Of a stretch of DNA of 64,000 nt, positions 58,209-64,000 are shown piece by piece (the first letter of the stretch is position 1; every line of letters begins with the position of its first letter). A model generated the notes under the pieces. That model saw only the letters and a list, made by a program, of their open reading frames with translations, did not search any database and was not told the origin of the DNA. The stretch is from assembly GCA_051251855.1 (NCBI GenBank), contig JBPOGI010000003.1:448001-512000 (forward strand), in the 5' to 3' direction. Made by a program: the position numbers and the translations under genes. The DNA is from Roseibacillus sp. (GTDB lineage Bacteria > Verrucomicrobiota > Verrucomicrobiia > Verrucomicrobiales > Akkermansiaceae).

Positions 58209-58262
58209 GGCAGGAGTGTGCCTGCGCCGTCTTCTTTTTCCTACTGCAAAAAGAGGGTCTCG

Positions 58263-59696
58263 TTAGATTCCTGTTAAACTCAGCCAGAGAGGCATGATGA
58301 GGGCCGCCGCGCCCATCACGAGCCCGGGGAGCAGGAAGTCGCGGGCTTGGAGCCGGTCAGAGCCGTAGACAATGGCATTGGGGGGAGTCGAGATCGGCAA
58401 TGCCATAGCCATGGAGCAGGAAAGGGCAATCGCTAGGAGTACGAGAGGCACGTTTTCATGGGGAGCAATACTAATCGCCAGCGGCACCAGCATCGCGGCG
58501 GTGGCGGTGTTGCTCATGAGGTTGGAAAGAACCACGGCGATGGTACCGAAGGCCATCGCCATCGCGAGTCCTCCCAGAGTGCCGGGAACTTTGCCCGCCA
58601 ACCACTCGGCGAGCCCGCTTTCTTGCACCCCTACTCCCAATGAGAGTCCACCCGCGAGAAGGAGGAGGACATCCCATGGTAAGGCGCGGATATCTTCGGA
58701 ATCAATCACGCCGGCGACCGCGAGAGCCACGATGGGAATGAAGGAGACGACTGGGGCAGCGACCCCAAAAAGTGATTCTCCCATCCACATCGCGACCGTA
58801 GTGGAAAACACGATCATGACCGTGAGTCGGTGGCGCTTGGAGCGGGCGCATTGCTTTTCGATTTTCTCCAAGGAGAGTTTTCCCGTCTTTTCACCGCGAA
58901 TCCAAACCCACCAAATCAGGAGGTAGCCTAGGACTGAGAGTAGAAGCGCGGGAGGAAGAGCCATCAGCATCCATTCGAAAAAATCCAGTCTCTGATCTGC
59001 TGGTAACTGGGCTGCCACGATGGCATTAGGCGGGGTTCCAATAATGGTGCCGATGCCTCCCAAGTTGGCCGCCACTGCGATTGAGAGTACCATTCCTTTC
59101 GCGAAGCGGCTCTCCTTGGGTAAAGAGAGAAAAAGTGGCGCAACTATTGCCATCATCATGGCAGCGGTCGCGGTGTTAGACATGAACATGCTGAAGACAA
59201 AAGTAACAGCCATCATCCCGGCCATGAGCTTGGCGGGACTCCCTGTCAGATGACCTAAGAGGATGCCTGCCAGCCACCGATCCAATTCGGTCTTGGTGCA
59301 GGCCTGCGCGAGCACAAAGCCGCCGATAAAGAGCCACATCGTGGGCTGGGCCCAAGGTGCAACGAAGGTGGTCCAGCCCTTCGTGTTTTCCTCCGCAAAA
59401 AGAACTCCTCCAGGGAGGCCTAGAAGCGCGATTTGTAGACCGATGACGAGGACGCCCACGGCGAAGGCAGGCATGGCTTCCATGACCCAGAGCAAGGCGG
59501 CGAAGATAAGAATTCCCAGTGAAATTTGACCGGCAGGTTCCAGCCCCTTGTAAAGCGGCCACTGCAAGAGGGAAGGGGTTCCCACCACCGCCAAGGCGAT
59601 ACCAAAAGCCAGCAAGGTCTTGCGAATGCTCCTTCGCTCTTCATTGCTAAAGCTGCCTAGCAGTCGCTTGGCCTGTGTTCTCGTATCCCGTGCCAT
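58263..59696 (-). CDS. SLC13/DASS family sodium:anion symporter
   Basis: 'SMFMSNTATAAMM', 'ANLGGIGTIIGTPPN', 'PWDVLLLLAGG', 'LPISTPPNAIVY'. Confidence 0.9.
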   Translation of the reverse strand: MARDTRTQAKRLLGSFSNEERRSIRKTLLAFGIALAVVGTPSLLQWPLYKGLEPAGQISLGILIFAALLWVMEAMPAFAVGVLVIGLQIALLGLPGGVLFAEENTKGWTTFVAPWAQPTMWLFIGGFVLAQACTKTELDRWLAGILLGHLTGSPAKLMAGMMAVTFVFSMFMSNTATAAMMMAIVAPLFLSLPKESRFAKGMVLSIAVAANLGGIGTIIGTPPNAIVAAQLPADQRLDFFEWMLMALPPALLLSVLGYLLIWWVWIRGEKTGKLSLEKIEKQCARSKRHRLTVMIVFSTTVAMWMGESLFGVAAPVVSFIPIVALAVAGVIDSEDIRALPWDVLLLLAGGLSLGVGVQESGLAEWLAGKVPGTLGGLAMAMAFGTIAVVLSNLMSNTATAAMLVPLAISIAPHENVPLVLLAIALSCSMAMALPISTPPNAIVYGSDRLQARDFLLPGLVMGAAALIMPLWLSLTGI

Positions 59697-59796
59697 GACG
59701 TCAGTTGTCTTTCACCACGCAGGTTGCTTGCCAAATGAAGTCCGCTTTTGCCGCTCTTCAGAGAAGACCGTGTAACGCTACTCTCATAGAGTTGGC

Positions 59797-60624
59797 TTAG
59801 CCCGCTTCGCCACACCAAGTCCACATGTCGGGGTCGGTGGCGGATTTGATTTCGGTGGCGAGTTTGTCACCATCGACGCCTTCTTCAAGAACGGCGAAAA
59901 CGGTGGAACCAGAGCCGCTCATCATCGCGGCTTGCACGCCTTCGGTGGCGAGGAGCTTGCGCTTGAGGATGGCGAGGAAAAGATGCTTTTCAAAGACTGG
60001 CCTTTCGAGGTCGTTCATCATCTTGACACCTGCAGATTCCTGAGGGCCATAGGGAATGTCAGCGTGCTCGCGGGAGAATTTCCAGCGGCGGTAGGCTTGC
60101 TCGGTGGAAACGGGGAAGCCGGGTTTGAAGAGGAGGACGGTCTCGTTCCACTCGATACCAGCGGCTTCGACATCAGTGCCGCGGCCACGACACCAGCAGG
60201 CTTCGTCGAAGAAGAAGAAGGGAACGTCGGAACCGAGGTCGGCGCCGATTTTGGAAAGTTTGTTGAACTCGATGGGCTCGTCGTAGAGGGCGTTGAGGCC
60301 CAGTAAGGTAGCGGCGGCATCACTGGAGCCTCCTCCGAGTCCCGCGCCGTGTGGAATGGCCTTTTCGAGGCGGATTTTATAGCCGACTTTGACGTCTGCT
60401 TCTTGCTCGAAGGCGCGCACGGCGCGAGTGACGAGGTTGGTGCCATCGGTGGGCACGCCGGGGGCATCGCATTCGAGAGAAAAGGAGTCTGCGGACTCGA
60501 AATGCAGCTGATCACTCAGTCCCCGAAGCGGAGTCATGAGAGTTTCCACCTTATGAAATCCATCACGTCGTCTCCCAAAAACACGCAGGGAGAGGTTTAA
60601 TTTAGCCGGGGCATCTACGAGCAC
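59797..60624 (-). CDS. ispE: 4-(cytidine 5'-diphospho)-2-C-methyl-D-erythritol kinase
   Basis: 'APAKLNLSL.V.G.R.DGFH', 'KAIPHGAGLGGGSSDAA', 'GSDVPFF', 'NDLE', 'MSGSGSTVF'; GTG start at 60624 assumed. Confidence 0.95.
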   Translation of the reverse strand: MLVDAPAKLNLSLRVFGRRRDGFHKVETLMTPLRGLSDQLHFESADSFSLECDAPGVPTDGTNLVTRAVRAFEQEADVKVGYKIRLEKAIPHGAGLGGGSSDAAATLLGLNALYDEPIEFNKLSKIGADLGSDVPFFFFDEACWCRGRGTDVEAAGIEWNETVLLFKPGFPVSTEQAYRRWKFSREHADIPYGPQESAGVKMMNDLERPVFEKHLFLAILKRKLLATEGVQAAMMSGSGSTVFAVLEEGVDGDKLATEIKSATDPDMWTWCGEAG

Positions 60625-60703
60625 GGCCAAGGAAGTGCCAGAAGTGGGGCAGAAATCCAATTTTCATTTTCAAAATCTCGCATTCGCCCGTATGCCTCTG
60701 GGT

Positions 60704-61375
60704 ATGAAGAATTGGACTTTCCAAGACACAATCGTCGCTCCTTCCCTGCTTGCGGCTGATTTTGGCCGGGTGGCGGAAGAAACTTCCCGAGCCATCAATG
60801 CAGGCGGGGATTGGCTTCATCTCGACATTATGGACGGAAATTTCGTCGATAATATCTCATTTGGACCTGCCATGGTGGAAACGGTGCATGCGACCAACGA
60901 TGTTTTTCTAGATGTGCACCTCATGATCAAGCGGCCTGACCACTATTTGGCGCGATTTGTGAAGGCGGGGGCCGATATGGTGACCGTGCACGTCGAGGAC
61001 GAGGCGGATCACGAGGTGGCGGCGACTTTGAGCGCGATTCGGGCTGCGGGGGTGAAGGCGGGACTGGCCTTGAATCCTGCGACCCCCTTTTCGGCGGTGG
61101 AGCCTTTTTTGGAGCAGATCGACATGCTGCTTTGCATGACGGTGGTGCCTGGGTTTGGCGGGCAGGCGTTCATGCCAGAAATCATGGCCAAAGTGGAGCA
61201 GGCGGCGGCTCTTCGTAAGGAAAAGGGGTTGAGTTACCACATCCAAGTGGATGGTGGAGTCGACGTCGAAACCTCGGTGTTGTGTCGAGAAGCGGGAGCG
61301 AATGTTTTGGTGGCGGGGTCTTCGACATTTAAGGCTCCGGATATGAAGGCGGCGGTGGCAGCTGTGCGGGGTTAG
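60704..61375 (+). CDS. rpe: ribulose-phosphate 3-epimerase
   Basis: 'APSLLAADF', 'HLDIMDGNFV.NISFG', 'DVHLMI', 'MTVVPGFGGQAF', 'VDGG', 'VAGS'. Confidence 0.96.
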   Translation: MKNWTFQDTIVAPSLLAADFGRVAEETSRAINAGGDWLHLDIMDGNFVDNISFGPAMVETVHATNDVFLDVHLMIKRPDHYLARFVKAGADMVTVHVEDEADHEVAATLSAIRAAGVKAGLALNPATPFSAVEPFLEQIDMLLCMTVVPGFGGQAFMPEIMAKVEQAAALRKEKGLSYHIQVDGGVDVETSVLCREAGANVLVAGSSTFKAPDMKAAVAAVRG

Positions 61376-61562
61376 TCGGGTGGATTTTTTTAACTAAGAC
61401 TCCTATTCTTGAATCCTATCCATTCTGGTCCCTATCAGGAAAGTGATTGTGCTCGTAATACGAAGGAGTTGAGGGACGTTTAGAAACAGTGATGAAAGAA
61501 AACTCTCAAGCGGTCTTGGAGGCGGCGCGGCTCAGTACTTTGAGTATGGAAAGGAGGTCCTT

Positions 61563-62441
61563 GTGATCCGAGTGAACGGTGAGCTCGTTAATCCGAATCT
61601 GTTTGAGGAGGCTTTCTCTCGCATCAAGTCGGAGGCGGAGCTTCGCACGCAGGTTTCTTGTTGTGAGCGAGATGATGAATTTAGCAAAGAGGCGGAAGAA
61701 GAGGTCATTGATTCCATTCTGATTGCGCAGGAAGCGGAGAAGAATCATCAGAACTTAGATGAGGGCGAGGTCACTGCGGCCCTCGAAGAGATGATCAAGC
61801 TCTATCGCGAGCATGGGGCTTCATGGGAGATGTTGGAAGCTGAGCGCGACAACTTGCGCGAAGAGGTGATGGCGAACTTACGCATGGAGAGGTTCATGGG
61901 AGAGCATCTTCCGGTGGTCACGGCGCCCAGCCAAGAGGAGTTAGCGAGCTACTATGAATCTCGTAGAAAAGAGTATCGTTCATTGCCGGAGGCGCATTGT
62001 TTGCACCTAATTCGAATGATTGACGGGCATGACGATCAGCGTGCCTTGCTGGAAGAAATGACGGAGCAGCGGAATCGCGCTTTGGCGGGAGAGGACTTTG
62101 CGGAGTTGGCCAAGACGGCGACCGAGAAGTCGAGCAAAGATATCGATCTAGGTTGGGTTCCGTTGGACCGGCCGACGAATCCCTTTGAGACTATTCTTTT
62201 CTCGATGCAGGTCGGGGAGATTTCGCCGGTGATTAGCTACGAGCATGCTCTTCATTTGGTAAAGGTGACCGAGCGGCGAGGGGGGGAAGCGCCGGCTTTG
62301 GAAGAGGTGGCTGAAGAACTCAGCAATCGCTATGTGTTGGAGAAGAGGCAGGCGGCTTTGCGGGTGCTGGCGGAAAAGTTGCGCGAGACCGCTACGATTG
62401 AGCGAGTAGATTTCGAAGCCGGCGATTCGGAGAAGGATTGA
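61563..62441 (+). CDS. parvulin/PpiC-type peptidyl-prolyl isomerase with SurA-like N-domain
   Basis: 'VNGE', 'YYE', 'HLI', 'GEDFAELAK', 'DLGW', 'F..QVGEISPV...HLVKV'. Confidence 0.8.
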   Translation: MIRVNGELVNPNLFEEAFSRIKSEAELRTQVSCCERDDEFSKEAEEEVIDSILIAQEAEKNHQNLDEGEVTAALEEMIKLYREHGASWEMLEAERDNLREEVMANLRMERFMGEHLPVVTAPSQEELASYYESRRKEYRSLPEAHCLHLIRMIDGHDDQRALLEEMTEQRNRALAGEDFAELAKTATEKSSKDIDLGWVPLDRPTNPFETILFSMQVGEISPVISYEHALHLVKVTERRGGEAPALEEVAEELSNRYVLEKRQAALRVLAEKLRETATIERVDFEAGDSEKD

Positions 62442-62456
62442 GGAGGGACGACTTCG

Positions 62457-63260
62457 TTAGCTTTTCTCATTTACGAGGCTGAGAAGATGTTTCGCAAAGG
62501 TTTCGCCCAATTCGATTTGGCCGTCGTGGTTGTAGTGCCCCTTGTTGATACGGTCAAAGTCATCGGTGTCGAAGCAGGCGGCATTCTCATCTTCTTGGGC
62601 GATGGTTTCTAGGGCCGCCCGAACGAGAGGGCCATTGCCTGCGGGTTTGTCGAAGGTGGGGAGAATACGACCCATCACAAAGGGCATTTCCCGTTCCTTG
62701 AATTCACTTCGCATTTCTTTGATGAAGTCCTTGAGGCTGTCCTCATATTCAGCACCCATACCTTGGTCGGCATCGCTTTCGCCCTGCATCCAGAGCATGC
62801 CGCCGATGGTGTATTTGACTTTGCTGTCGTCCAAGTTTTCAAGTGCGGCTTTGGCTGTGGTGAGAAATCTTCTCAGCATGGGGCCCTTTCCGTCCTCTAT
62901 TTTCCAATGCTTGTGCAGGGAGGTGCCTCCGGCAGCTGTTTTGATGAGATAGATGTTGTCGTCGGGATAGGCTTTGCGCATCGCGCGACCAAAGGAGAGT
63001 TCAGGGCCGAAGCGTCCTTCGTTGGCAGATACTCCGGGACCGATGTCTTGCCATTGGCCTTTGTTCCAAATTTGAACGCCTTCGGGTGGTTTTTGTTCGG
63101 ACTTACTCAGTTGGTCAAAGAGACCTGCGCCAGACATGTTTGACTGGCCGGCGAGTAAGAAGACGCGAGCCTCTGCGGAAGCCTTGAGGATCATGAGCGT
63201 TAGGGAGAGGGCGAGGATCGTAAAAAGCTTCGGAGTCCGAGAGGGGTAAAGAGAGCTCAT
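62457..63260 (-). CDS. secreted SASA (sialate O-acetylesterase-like) protein
   Basis: 'FLLAGQSNM', 'FGPE', 'GGTSL', 'WMQGESD', 'GHY...GQ..LG..FA'. Confidence 0.85.
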   Translation of the reverse strand: MSSLYPSRTPKLFTILALSLTLMILKASAEARVFLLAGQSNMSGAGLFDQLSKSEQKPPEGVQIWNKGQWQDIGPGVSANEGRFGPELSFGRAMRKAYPDDNIYLIKTAAGGTSLHKHWKIEDGKGPMLRRFLTTAKAALENLDDSKVKYTIGGMLWMQGESDADQGMGAEYEDSLKDFIKEMRSEFKEREMPFVMGRILPTFDKPAGNGPLVRAALETIAQEDENAACFDTDDFDRINKGHYNHDGQIELGETFAKHLLSLVNEKS

Positions 63261-63315
63261 TTCTGACAGGCTAAGTTTAGGAGTCTCTTTTTCAAACCCT
63301 AAATGATAGTCCGCT

Positions 63316-64000
63316 TCATGGGCTGGGAGAGTGGCTTTTGGTGAGGTGGAGTTGATAGCCGATGCCTGGAGCGGTGAGAAGATGTTGTGGTTGAGCGGGG
63401 TCGGTTTCTATTTTTTTGCGAAGAGTGGCGATGTGATTGTCTACGGTGCGAGTAGTAGGAAAGGAGCCATAGGACCAGACGCGGTCCAGAAAGGTTTCGC
63501 GGCTGACGGGCTGGTTGGGTGTTTCGGCAAGGAGTTGAAGGATGCCGAGTTCTTTGTGGGTGAGAGCGAGAGGCTGTTCGTCTTTGAGACAAGTTTGAGA
63601 GGCAAAGTCGATGGCGATGTTTCCGAGGGTGAGGGTGGATGGAGAGTCGGGAATGTCGAGACGGCGGAGAAGGGCGCGAACCCGGGCGGTGAGTTCGGAG
63701 AGGCTAAAGGGTTTGACGAGGTAGTCGTCAGCTCCGGCGTCGAGGCCATTGACCCGGTCATTGACGAGGCCGCGGGCGGTGAGCATGAGGATGGGGACGG
63801 GGTCTTTGCGCTTACGGATTTCGCGACAAATGGCGAAGCCGTCGAGCTTGGGGAGCATGAGGTCGAGAAGGATGAGGTCGGGGGATTCGGTGAGGGCGAG
63901 GGTGAGGCCTTGTTCGCCGTCGGCAGCGGGGATGACGCGGTGTCCTTCGGCTTCGAGGGCATCAGTGAGGCCGATGCGGAGCGGGGTTTCGTCTTCGACG
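63316..64000 (-). CDS. OmpR-family response regulator (5' end outside window)
   Basis: Frame open to the window edge: 'VEDE...PDLILLDLMLPKLDG...PILMLTAR...GADDYLVKPF...RTVDNHI..LRKKIE...GIGY'. Confidence 0.92.
   Translation of the reverse strand, partial: VEDETPLRIGLTDALEAEGHRVIPAADGEQGLTLALTESPDLILLDLMLPKLDGFAICREIRKRKDPVPILMLTARGLVNDRVNGLDAGADDYLVKPFSLSELTARVRALLRRLDIPDSPSTLTLGNIAIDFASQTCLKDEQPLALTHKELGILQLLAETPNQPVSRETFLDRVWSYGSFPTTRTVDNHIATLRKKIETDPAQPQHLLTAPGIGYQLHLTKSHSPSP

Overview
A 64-kb bacterial chromosomal segment, almost certainly from a Verrucomicrobiota (PVC) member, probably Verrucomicrobiales. This is inferred from three PVC-type dehydrogenase proteins, three sulfatases, PEP-CTERM proteins, a short ATP synthase delta subunit and starts that mostly lack Shine-Dalgarno sequences. 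The left half (1-35 kb) is accessory and secretome-rich: an HxlR/DinB divergon with tandem operators, a CBM6-interrupted S8 protease with an apparent Glu-His-Ser triad, an M12/MAM metalloprotease, sulfatases, exported oxidoreductases and PVC-type dehydrogenases with azurin or cytochrome c modules. It also holds a GC-rich block (~15.5-21 kb) with an apparent deletion junction. The right half is mostly housekeeping (hup, mlaE, msrB, complete atpBEFHAGDC, cvfB, ispE, rpe). It also contains a compact surface-glycan locus: asnB / SAF-oxidoreductase / FAD-oxidoreductase / rmlC, divergent from three PEP-CTERM genes and a TMTC-like GT-C/TPR glycosyltransferase. The best leads are (i) that locus as a candidate protein O-glycosylation system, (ii) a shared C-terminal F-x-R-[LI] domain on three unrelated secreted enzymes, possibly a sorting signal, and (iii) two small lipoprotein genes with a shared upstream motif and signal peptide, each lying directly behind one of those enzymes. 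No rRNA, tRNA, CRISPR array or intact transposase was found. All calls come from reading motifs by eye; no database searches were run.
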